Under the pieces are notes generated by a model that ran no database searches, was not told the origin of the DNA, and saw nothing but the letters and a program-made list of their open reading frames with translations. Shown here piece after piece: positions 11,749 through 22,980 of a DNA stretch of 64,000 nt (positions within the stretch are counted from its first letter, which is position 1; each line of letters starts with the position of its first letter). The stretch covers positions 29,016,001 through 29,080,000 of the forward strand of contig CM120642.1 in NCBI GenBank assembly GCA_051362555.1, given 5' to 3'. This stretch comes from Lingula anatina. Its lineage: Eukaryota; Animalia; Brachiopoda. A program made the translations under genes and the position numbers.

Positions 11749-14700
11749 ATGGAGGAACCACTTATTCAGCGGAAGTCCAGCATTAACTGTTGTATAACTG
11801 CTATTAGCGCTCCTTTGCCGGATATTTACGATCTCGATCACAGTGCAATTTATGAATTTGTTGTCGCCAAAAACCAATATTGTTGTTCAAGGTCAATCTT
11901 TCCTGACCCCCCTCCCCCCCCCCAAAAAAAGAAAAAATTAAATAAATAAATAAAAAAGTAAAAAAGAGAGAGAAGAAAGGGGAGGAAAAACATGTGCGAC
12001 GATGTTCGATATTCTTACACGTATTTACTTGTAACTGGCCTTTTAACTGTACCCCATGCTTAAGGGACTATAAGAGGAACCTGTTTTCAAGGTCTGAGGC
12101 CGTATTAAGTGCCGAAGGCTGAAGGGAATCTCCGGAAACTGAAGGGAATCCTTTCAAGTACCGCACAGAAGTTTGGCAGAGGATGAAAGAGTGAGTCAGA
12201 TTCGAAGGGGGATACTTTAATTTCAAGGGGAGATCCTGCAGTATGCTGTTTAGAATTGAAAATTGAAATCAATTGTTACACCTGTCGCATTTCAGCCGTG
12301 CAAGCATTAAAATTCATCAAAAGAGTCCTTTTTTTTACTGCAATATGATCATTTTACAAAGGTAGTGTTGATTAAGTGATTCCTGCATGCGAAGGTAATT
12401 GGATACGTGATATTAAAAACAGGAACTTTTTAATGGCCTTTTGGGGCAAGATTACGGGAAGTGACACCAATACCTGTCATACATGTGCCTAAAATAAACC
12501 TCTGCCATTTAACGCTTTTGAAAGTAATCAATATGTCGTGAAGTAATAAGGAAATTCGATCTCTTATCTTGGACGTAATAATTCGTAATTTTGCACATGC
12601 TCTAATTAAGGTCAGATTTCAACAGCTTACAACTCTGGGATAAGCAGTCGGACTTTCCAACGCTGAACAGACACATAGACAGAGGGACAATACAGTATAT
12701 ACAGACAGACAGACAGACAGGCAGGCAGACAGACAGACAGACAGACATCATTGTGCTTGCACAAATGTTGAGAAGCCTATTTCTGTATATTTATGTTACC
12801 TTAAGTAATAAAAAGGGCACATGAGACGGGACAACACAGTATCAGTTTATATATACCGTATATTTGAAACCCCCTGTATCTGTATCTGGATGCTGGTAAA
12901 TTGTCACGTTTACGTCTCTGGGGTCGACTGACAAGAATTTCAAACAGGTTCCCATGAACAAAAGTTTATCTTTCTCTATAATAATGTTCATAATTGGATG
13001 GAGATATATTGATGAAACTGAGATTAAGACGTTGTGATTATATAAGCCATAAACATGATATAACGGCTTAATGTTATCACGTTTTAGTCTGCAAATTGTG
13101 TTGTAATTGAAACCGGCCCAACCGGGAAATCATTTTAATATTTCTTTCACCGTGAGTACTTTCAAGTCAGATAGAAGTGAGTTTTTGAAGTAGAATAAAA
13201 GAGGTAATTGTCTATATATTTTTCTTATTGTATTTCTATTTATTTATTTTGGGGCAAATTTGTCAATAGTATTCTACAAGCACTCTCAAAATTTACTACG
13301 TATTGGACTTCTTGTGTGTATATGTGTGATTCTATGTACGTTACATATTTAAAAAGGTACGAAAAGTTTCTCATCTCCTTGGACGCTACTTTCTCCTACA
13401 CCCCCCTTAGCGCAAGAGCAACCACGGTAACCGTATATTTGATAACCGTCTAACACACTGCTGTTATTTACGGTGTAGAAGGTGAGGGTTTGTTCTTCTG
13501 TCCACCGCAGACGCTGATTGTGGCCGCTGATGGAGACAGGTGTGTGGGACACTGCTTTGGTGCATGAACTTTCGCCGAAGGTGACCTCCCAGCAACCGAT
13601 ACTAAATGCACTTGCATATAATATATACCCCTTATGCCCCCTGATGGAACTTGTCTACTTGTTATTCAGTATCTAATTTGATTTTTTCTTTGTGATAAAT
13701 AGCTTTGGTTACTGTTTAGTTTTTCCACAGACGCGGGCCAATGCTCTCTCAAGATGCCTGCATCTAGATGGATATCTTTGCAATTTGCAATTCACCTGAC
13801 GTTAATGTATGGGAAAATGAATACTATAGCCAATTTCAATTTTTGAATGAATGATTGGACTCGTATAGGGTATGTTCACAGCTAAATTTATGATGGTGCC
13901 CTAACATAAGCTTTTTCCATAAGTGAAAAAATACTTTGAAACGAATCATGGTTTTCTTCGGTGTGTAAGGGACGCGGTGTGCCACAAATCCTTCAAAAAC
14001 CCCTTATTTCGTTATCATAACAAGATCCAACAAAAAGCTTCGTGTGTCTAAATTTTATTCCTTGCTAAGAAGGCTCTCTTCTCATTTTGATTGACAGTTA
14101 AACACATTAAACGCTATTCTCATTAAAGAAGCAGAAATGTTCATGTGCCGCCCGGTTAGGGTATAAACTGCTAAAAAACAGTCAATGAAAACAACAATAG
14201 TTTACATCATTAAAATTAAAATACTGTATTCTTTGTCTGAGTTAAACATATTTGAATAATGTCCTTTTGAGCAACAAAATGGTGCTGCATTAAGGTTCAG
14301 GTCCTTCCATCAATAAATGCCTTGTATATGTAATACTTGTTCACGTACAATAAAATGGGTACACAGGTACATATGACACTCAACAACGTTTGAAAATTTC
14401 AGATGTCTCATTTTCTCTTACATGATGGATATAAATATTTGTAATCAGCAGCAGAGATTAAAGTCAGGTTTGTGAGTTCTTCCCTTTGTCCTGTGTCGTC
14501 AGTATTATATATCACAGAGTCGTTGTGGTGAAAGGGCCGCGTGTTTTAAAACCGCCTCTCCACGGTTACTACTTGGAATCTACAGATTGCGTCTATCTGA
14601 AATAAAGATGAAAACGTTTCTTAGAGTCGCTTTCACACCGAGCGGTATAATTGAGCGTTTCAGTACAATTTGAGGGACCCTACACACGTAGCATGTAAAA

Positions 14701-15585
14701 ATGCTACGGAGCATTCACCCTTCTCAAAGTTTTCCACAAGTTCGATTTCTGCTGCTTAATTAATTAAATGACCGTATACGCTAAAGCCCCTGCCAAACTA
14801 TTGCGTAAACTTTTAGTACTGATTTTTTTCGATAAGTAGCTGCTAAGTACGAATTGCAAAGGTTTTCGATTACTTCTTTGACTTGTGTGCATCTGGCTCA
14901 TAAGTAAGTCAAAGTTACATACATGTTATTGTATGTGTTTACGGTTTGCGTAAGAAAAATTCTCACATGTAACATGGACTTGATAATCACAGAAGTGTAA
15001 TAGGAGTTACAGATGACCCTTTTACGTTAGAGCTAGGCAATCAAGTTGTCAATCTCTTGAAGTGGACCAGTACAGCTGTATCACTTAAGCATACCACTCG
15101 ATATAAAAAAGAGCCTTATCGATGTTCTAATTCACGTTTTTTATGTAAGGCAGAGGACATGTAAAATCTTCTGAGATCTTTTCGTTGATAACGAGATCTA
15201 GCAGTACAAATAAACACATATCTTGCTCTCAAAGATATACAGCAAAGTCAGCTTCCAAAAATATAATCTTGAAATCTAATTTATTAAACGATTTATCAAG
15301 AAAAGAGCACTCGTACTGTTTTGTACAGTTAGATGCTTCAAGTTGGTTATTAAAAATATTGACATGGATAGAAAAGACAATTTTGAAAGAAATGACATTT
15401 TCCTTTTTACTGAGTTTCACAGCATTGAGAACATTTGACTTTTAAATACAGAGAGACCGAAAAGAACGTCGCAAACTCTGCTATTATAGCCAATCCATAA
15501 CACAAGTATAAATTATCAAATCATGATAAAGTAAAGCATTACCCGTGGCCAGGTGTGTGTGTGTTCAACGTTTCTAGTAAGTATA

Positions 15586-16092
15586 TCAGTATCCGGGATA
15601 TCCATATGCTGGATAGCCGCCATATCCAGTGCTATAGCCTCCATATCCTGGATAGTATCCGGTGGTGTAAGGAGAGGATCCGTAGGGCGAACCGTAAGGA
15701 GATGATCCGTATGGAGAACCGTAAGGAGAGGATCCGTATGGAGAACCGTAAGGAGATGATCCGTAGGGAGAACCGTAAGGAGAGGATCCGTATGGAGAAC
15801 CGTAAGGAGATGATCCGTAGGGAGAACCGTAAGGAGAGGATCCGTATGGAGAACCGTAAGGAGAGGATCCGTAGGGGGAGGCACCGTAGGGAGAGTAGCC
15901 GTAGGGAGACGCACTGTAAGGTGAGGCGCTGTAGGGACTTCCATATGGGCTGCCATAAGAACCGCCATACGGACTGCCGTACGGGCTGCCGTAAGTGGGA
16001 GGGGCATACCCGCCCTCTCCGACTGCCAAGTGGTTAGCTGACACTTGCTGTAGTGCGGCCACCAGTGCTCCGAGACACAGGACTTTCAGCAT
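15586..16092 (-). CDS. GY5: secreted Ser/Pro/Tyr/Gly repeat protein (168 aa, single exon)
   Basis: First in-frame ATG is at 16092 (the ORF-track start at 16134 is GTG); signal peptide MLKVLCLGALVAALQQVSA; (YGSSPYGSP)x7; TATA box upstream. Confidence 0.88.
   Translation of the reverse strand: MLKVLCLGALVAALQQVSANHLAVGEGGYAPPTYGSPYGSPYGGSYGSPYGSPYSASPYSASPYGYSPYGASPYGSSPYGSPYGSSPYGSPYGSSPYGSPYGSSPYGSPYGSSPYGSPYGSSPYGSPYGSSPYGSPYGSSPYTTGYYPGYGGYSTGYGGYPAYGYPGY
15668..15875 (-). repeat. Coding 27-bp tandem repeat (7 full copies plus a partial copy)
   Basis: Plus-strand unit taaggaga(g/t)gatccgta(t/g)ggagaaccg. Confidence 0.95.
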
Positions 16093-16200
16093 ATTTACAG
16101 TCAGTGTAAACTCTGTGATATACTCTTTTGGCACACTATGCGATGGTGATGACCGAACCCCTTTCCAAGCAAGAGAGGTGAGAATGAAAACGTGCCTCCT

Positions 16201-16210
16201 TTTTTATATA
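16201..16210 (-). promoter_or_regulatory. TATA box (TATATAAAAA) of GY5
   Basis: Plus-strand tttttatata; Inr-like TCATTC at about 16187-16182. Confidence 0.6.
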
Positions 16211-18491
16211 CGGCAGTCTAATGATTTTCTTGATAAAATAACTCCACCGCCAAGTGCAGTGAACTGTCTTGATTTAGTGATTGCTAATTATAGTATGCTG
16301 TCACATGATTTATGTTTTTACGTTTTAACAGCTTACTTCTGCCAAACTACATCTCCATACGAGGAGTTTCTGTGTACATGTTCAAAGAAAATATCAAATG
16401 GTATTTACGGAAAATGAATATTCAAATTTTTCTCAGAAATAGTTTTTACAGGCGAATATACTTAATATACTCAAGAATCACTGGAAATAAAAAAGAAGAT
16501 GGACTTGTAGAGAAAAATATTACATGAAATGCAAATTTTTGTTTTAATCTTTAAAGATTTTTATTAAGCTATTGGGATACATGACTTTAAATTGACTCCT
16601 GCTCCAATATGAGATACAATATGGGAGAACATAGAATGAACTGAAGAAAATAATCGATTTTTGTAGAAAATAAAAACGAACAAAATATAACTTGTTTCTC
16701 TGAAAACAGCAAAAAAAAAAAAAAGGAATACGTGATGAGAAAGTTTGCAGTTGCCGTTCTAAATTTTGCTGGTTCTTTTTTATTCATCTTTTTAGGCAAT
16801 TGTTTCGTACAATAGAGATCAATGATATAATTACATATAGCTGTTTTACTCATAACGCCATTGTCCATTGTTTGGCGGTTTAATGAGTCATGTTTTGTCA
16901 CATGCAGCTGAGCACATTTTTATCATGATTTCAAGTCATGCGGACCCCATAACATTACTCTTGACACCTGATGTACTTGCACTTGTCGTGGTAATGTAAG
17001 TTCTAACTCTTTCATTTTTTGTAATAAAAAATACATGTATTAAGACAAAACGATTAAAACTAACCATCAAACCTTTAAGTAGTACAAAGTGTGGTAGTAT
17101 TTTTAAAATGGTTTGATACATTATTATTTTTTTTATTTATTTTATTATTATTATTATTATTATTATTTTTTTTTTTTTTTTTGCAATTTGGTCTAGCTGG
17201 CCAGATCGCATTAATGATGGTAATGGTCCTCCCGATTGCTGTGTTGACGTCACGCCTACAGTGAGTAATGTATCTATGGATCGCTCACTACACATTCTAT
17301 AAGTCACGCTGCCTAGCAAGATAATGCATCACGATTACTTACATGTAAATCAATGGATTAAATAGCTTGCTGACACAAATGTCACTTTGCACCAAGGCTT
17401 TAAATGTGACTCTTGTTTAAGGAAGAAGCATTAGTAATATCGGTGTAAAATATCAATTCCTCCAGGTTGTATATCAAGTTCAACCTGTCTATACTTCCAA
17501 ATATATTTTTTATTAAATGGAAACAAATAGCTGCACTGCAGAATAAAAACCAGGAAAGGGTATAAAATATCATATGGTTACCGTAAATGTTTTTCATTGA
17601 TAAAAAAAATCACGATCGAGCTTGATTTTCTGGCCATTACTATAACCGTGAAGCATAGTACAACATGCACAGCCCAACAAGATGATATGTTACAGTAAGA
17701 AATATGCCGTAAAATCACAATACCAAATCTCACAGAATGGTTGTTATTGCCTGAAAACAAATATACTGACTTAAACCAGGTTATTCACCCCCTTACTAAT
17801 CATGTGTGTACCACTGGCTTATATCCATAATGCATACGGTTTCAATGTTTCAATGCCAAATTTCCATAAATGTAGGTTGGGAAATCTGAGCATACCGACA
17901 ATTTCTTTAACTGGAATTCACTCTAACCAGTTCATAAGGCATTTTCAGAGGCTTGATGCACTGAATAAAGACCTTGATCGAAGATAATGAAAAAAAAATT
18001 TTTTAATGTCAGAAATGGAAAAAAGTAGGAAAAACAAACAGTCATCTTTTTCGCTGTTCCAGTAATGACTATGCTGTATCTCATAACATTACCCCATTAC
18101 AAGTGATTTCAGTGAGCGTTTTAGTCCCACCTGTCCAACTGTTCTCGATATCTCGTTTAGAAATAATAGGCGTGTGAAATGAACATGCCTTTAGCAAAGA
18201 TTAATTCATACGGCAGTTTTCATCATATTCATTCAAATTTAACGTCTCGAAATAGTACTCCCTTCCAGAGACCAGCTGGGCGATGTTATACTAGAAAGAA
18301 ATATCTATGAATATCTAGTGGAGAATTTTCTCTCAGTGGCCCTGGCAGAGGGTAACAGGTCAGAGAGCCGGCCACAGCGATGCGTGGAGTCTCGGTGCAT
18401 TGCAGGATTGTTGTCACAAACAGACAGCTCTTGTCTGTGGACAGCTTCTATCTCTCGAACACGCACGGCAAGGTTTCCGGACATCTGGGAT

Positions 18492-18538
<47 letters not shown>

Positions 18539-19633
18539 CTTTTTTGGAGGGTGCATCGTTGCTGATCTGTCAACACGTGTACTAACTTAAACTGTGATGC
18601 AGCCAATTTATATGGGCAGAGCAAATTATTTTTATTATTATGATTGTCATATATTATGACATGATCCTTTTTTTAAACCGTGTTTACAGTCAATTTAGTT
18701 TTAAATTAAATTGGAGGGTTTGAACTTAGGGCGTATGAAATGAAATTGAAATTCACCGATACGTATTCTCCCATCAGTATTAAAGAGAACCGAGACAGCG
18801 CTAGCTATGATCGTCTTTTTTTGTAGACGGAATAAAAGAAAACCAAAAAAAGCGCCAAGAGTATTGCGCCTTCCCTGCTGATCCACCTCGCACCACCGAC
18901 AGCGATACGTCATGTCTACTTCATCTCAACCCTCGTCCACAATAGTACCTCGACGGCCATCAAGTACTTCTCACACCACACCTCCGATCTGAAAGCCTGT
19001 ATCCGATTGTTCGTCTTGACGTATTTCCTGAAAACCCCTTTCAACGTCGTTATTGTCTCCCAGATAAACGCTCAGACTTCTTCATTTCGACGCATTCTCC
19101 ACTAGCCGTAACGCCCTCACTTTTCAGTGTGGGTTTAGATAAGTTCTCATCCATCAATATGAAATGATGTTGTTAAACAATCATATTTCCACGTTTAATT
19201 AACGTCTGGCTCCTGATTCTTAAAATCCAACGAGTGATAAACTGAGCGTCTGTTGCCGTGGCAACATAGTTAACCCAATCAAAACAAAAATTCCTTTCGC
19301 ACCGTTTTTCACACCTACAAATTCCGCTTTGAAGAACGGATGAAACAGTTTAACCCTGGCTTATTTTTTATTTCTATTCATCTATTATTCAAAGAAATTA
19401 TTTACGGCTTCCAACCATCCATAGCGACCTAAATTGAAAATATGTATTTCTCTCAAAATTTATTTTCAATATTTACATAAGGATGTGCAAACACTGATAA
19501 AAGTAAAAACGTTTTGATAATGTTAACCTGCAATGATGTTTTCTCCTCGGTACTCTTTTCTTTAAGAAAAATCACTGAAAATGATCAGTATTTATGGGGG
19601 TTATCATTACCGTGAACTGTTGTACAATACATA

Positions 19634-19848
19634 TAGTCGACCAAAAAAGTTCGGAAACCTCGTTATTTTTAATGATTATAAAAAAACCATATATGAGCTA
19701 AGGTAAATATTTTAACCAAAACATTTTGAATAATGCACCCACCATTCGTTACTTTTTTATATACACTGATGATTTTCCCACTATATTATATATATGTTTT
19801 TAATTATTGAAAAACAATTTCATGTTCCCGAACTTTTTTGGTCGAGTG
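19634..19848. mobile_element. Tc1/mariner-type MITE
   Basis: TIRs tagtcgaccaaaaaagttcggaaac and gttcccgaacttttttggtcgagtg; TA on both flanks. Confidence 0.75.
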
Positions 19849-20026
19849 TAAATATAGCATGCGGCCCCAAGGGTCCTTCAGTCAGGAAATTGTTTTTATT
19901 TTCACTGTAGTTCTCGAAGATCATCCAGACCATTATCAGTCGACTCTATTCCTGTCAACCGTGCTCTATGAGCAAATAGAAGGAAGGCGTAGGAAGACGA
20001 GATGCGCATGATCTGCTTGGATCTAT

Positions 20027-20100
20027 TATAAATCGGATGCGTATTCTATCGTTGTCATTTACTCCTTGAAGCAACAACGGTGCAGTCACACTGGAAACAG
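20027..20100 (+). promoter_or_regulatory. TATA + Inr promoter and non-coding first exon of the Cys-rich prepropeptide gene
   Basis: TATAAAT at 20027; Inr TCATTT with its A at 20057 (30 nt downstream); donor CAG/gtgagc at 20100/20101; strong acceptor (T)n-ag at 21158. Confidence 0.6.
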
Positions 20101-21113
20101 GTGAGCAGAGATATGGAACTTGGAGAATGTAATTGATATAGTGCGTGTATGTGGACATGAACGTAGTTGTCGTTGTATACAGAACTGTATCTGAGTGCCA
20201 TCCGTGTCCTAAACTAAACTTGTTCATCATTTATACGCTGTTGCGTTTAACTACCTTACATTACGACTACTAGTATTGGTAAGTGGAAGAGAGGTGGGGT
20301 CTTCATATAAGAAGGTTTAAGCTTGCATTTTGCCATTTTAATAATTAGTTATTGTATGCACAGTAACACTCTCCTTTTAATCTATATCTTTATTTCATTT
20401 TCTCTCTATATATAAAGTTTTCGTTCTTTGGGTCATTGTATATTTAGCATCGTCAATTTTTGGGAAATTCACAGGATAAAATACTCTCAAGAGTTCTAAA
20501 AGAATAACCAACAATTTGCAACATATTTGAATTGCTTATGAGACATTTTGTGAAATATAATTTTTATGCCTGTTAGGACTGTTTTACAAATTTCAGTTCA
20601 GGTCAGTTAAGGCAACCAGCAACTTCAAATTCTTCTTTTGTTTTCTGTTAAAAGTGATTTTAGTTCAAAGTTCACAACACCTGTATTTGATTAATATGTA
20701 CATTTAGATGATATTGTGCTCTTAATGAAATAGCATTTAAGGTAGTGCGTACTTCATAAAAAAGTGGGTGCTTAATTCGTAATTGAACCAAAAATCGGAG
20801 AGAAATTGTATATTTTATGCTGGATTCCTTGTTCTATATTAGTATCCATTATACCGCAAAGCAATGAGTGTAGCGTTGCGTAGGGTTGCTTGCGCAACAC
20901 GTTTTATCTTAAACGGGTATAAACTGGTAAAATACTCATGCTTAGACCCAAGAATCCCATCTAAATTTGATAAGAACTTGGAACTGGTGATTATTAAGCA
21001 GCAGCACACAGAATGCGCATGATACCCTGCGCCAGCACATCGCGGTTATATTCTTTGTCCCGAGATTTGATTTAACGCAGCAGTTCTACAAGATTTAACT
21101 TAAGAGATGTTAA

Positions 21114-21159
<46 letters not shown>

Positions 21160-21169
21160 TGAACGCACT

Positions 21170-22980
21170 ATGATCTCTATGAAGATTGCCACAGCCACTT
21201 TGAGTCTATTGTGTGCCTTTGACCTTTTTGGTCTAATATCGCCTGGCGGTGCAAGTCCGACACGCCGCATTCCGAACACCCAAAAACATGTGTCGGTTCT
21301 GGCCGCCGCTGACGGCGCTGGAGTAGCAGTGGCCACGGAGAAGTTCAAGAGGTCAGCAACAAGTATCAGTGCTGTAGGCTCGGAGGTGGACGGCTCTCTT
21401 GAGTATAATACGGGAGTGATAAAGAAGTCCGGGCCACACTGTGAAACTGAGCGACGTAGCCGTGTATGCTCAGAATGCGAACGTTTTCGTAAGTACAATT
21501 AAGATGTGCATGTACTCTCAGCTTAAAAAAAACACATTTTCAATTTAAAGTATGCCAAGTGGAGAAAAATAGATAACTGAATGGAAACCACGGACGGGTG
21601 ATTTATACACCTGCTATTATTTGTTTGGCGAAACACTGTGTGCGGTTTTGTGATTAAGGCTATTTTACTTGGTGAACAAGGTGACAGTTTGCGGCTGTAT
21701 TTACATGTAGTGAAATCATGATTATCGGTCGCATTTTGGATGGTAATAAGTAACTCTCAGGGATTAAATGTGCGTACTCACGACAACAGTACGCGAAAAC
21801 ATGGTGGTATTCTTTTAAATAGAATACTTATTAGTCAATCAATGGATTCGAGTAAAAAAGGAAAGTCGCTTCGTAAAACCATTTGTAATGTAAATTATTT
21901 AATTACAGATTAATATAGCCAATTCAACATGTGTGTATTGCCAGTCTCCTCATTAAGGCGAAATGCAAAACGATGTCAAGCTGCTTAATTAAGTTAAAAC
22001 GAAATGAGAGAACATAATTACAGGATGCAATGTGGAAACTGATGCCGCGACTATTTCTTTTTACACTAGATATCTACACATCATTTCAGTCTTCTCAGCA
22101 ATTATTCCTTTATCATATACTGCCTTTGCTTCAACACAGTGCCTTCCCGATCCTTAATTTGAACAAATGTTTGAGTCGTGCAAATTCCTTTATAATCATT
22201 TTTCTAATATTTGCCGTCGTTCACTCTGCTCAGTCAAAAGAAATTACATCCAAAATAGATCTGGGTGATAACCATACCATCAGTGGATGGAGAGCTTTCT
22301 TTGTCAGATTATGAATCATATATAACACGGAGTGCCAAACATTGTAAAGGTGACAACGTGATACTGTTAACAGTTAGTAATAACATATCAGTAGATTCTT
22401 GAGTGGCCTAGACGAACAACTGCTGACGACTACACTGTATAATTTAAAGCACATATGATGCTTGTAAGGGTTACTGACTAAGTGTTTACATTGTACATCT
22501 GTCATCTATAAAATTGTGCATGGTTTCAGTAATTTCTATTTACTAAAGTTCAAGTGATAGTTATCGATAACTTTGGAAGAAATTTCTATTAAACGCCTTT
22601 ACAGTCAATTACTACATGTACTATATGATATTTTGGGATTTTGCTAAAAAAAATTCAGTGAAGTAAGTGAAATGAAATTATTCATGGTGTTAAGAAAATT
22701 TGCTGGTTGTTTTTCTTTTACCTACTGTTATTATTATAAATATCAAAAAAGAACAATTCTTACTATGTGTCTTTTAAGACACATCGTTAGTAAGAATTGT
22801 TCAAAGAATTTAAAAATTCTTAATGTTTTAAGAATTTAAAATTTGTATATTTCAGATGCAGGAATATCGATGTCTGCGTGCTGTGCAAGTGAAACAGCAA
22901 TGAACGTCTGCGACTATTTGATGTTTTGTCACCAGAACAGCGTCACGCAGCATTTGTGTTTTGGCAGCAAACGCCGCTAA
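21170..22980 (+). CDS. Secreted cysteine-rich prepropeptide (neuropeptide/hormone- or toxin-like), 2 coding exons (21170-21488, 22856-22980), 147 aa
   Basis: Signal peptide (MIS)MKIATATLSLLCAFDLFGLISPGGA; pro-region with KR and KK; donor C/gtaagt (phase 1) joins acceptor tttcag/AT in frame; mature region SGPHCETERRSRVCSECERFHAGISMSACCASETAMNVCDYLMFCHQNSVTQHLCFGSKRR*; AATAAA at 23208. Confidence 0.8.

Noticed and set aside
13349-13620. GC-richer patch between GY4 and GY5 with a 49-aa ATG ORF on the minus strand and scattered splice-like sites
   Set aside because: No signal peptide, GY composition, recognisable domain or phase-consistent exon chain.
16093-16134. N-terminal extension MPKEYITEFTLTVN of GY5 in the ORF track
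   Set aside because: Starts at GTG; the first ATG (16092) opens a clean signal peptide.
1289-16224. TAATCA/TAATCC/TAATGA homeodomain-like sites just upstream of several GY TATA boxes
   Set aside because: Short AT-rich words with variable spacing are expected by chance in this genome.
18670-19355. CpG-rich segment with TTAA at both ends, possible piggyBac/Kolobok relic
   Set aside because: Terminal inverted similarity is too weak and no transposase motif is readable.
19955-20230. 91-aa minus-strand ORF
   Set aside because: No recognisable features; the region is better explained as the plus-strand promoter and first exon of the Cys-rich peptide gene.
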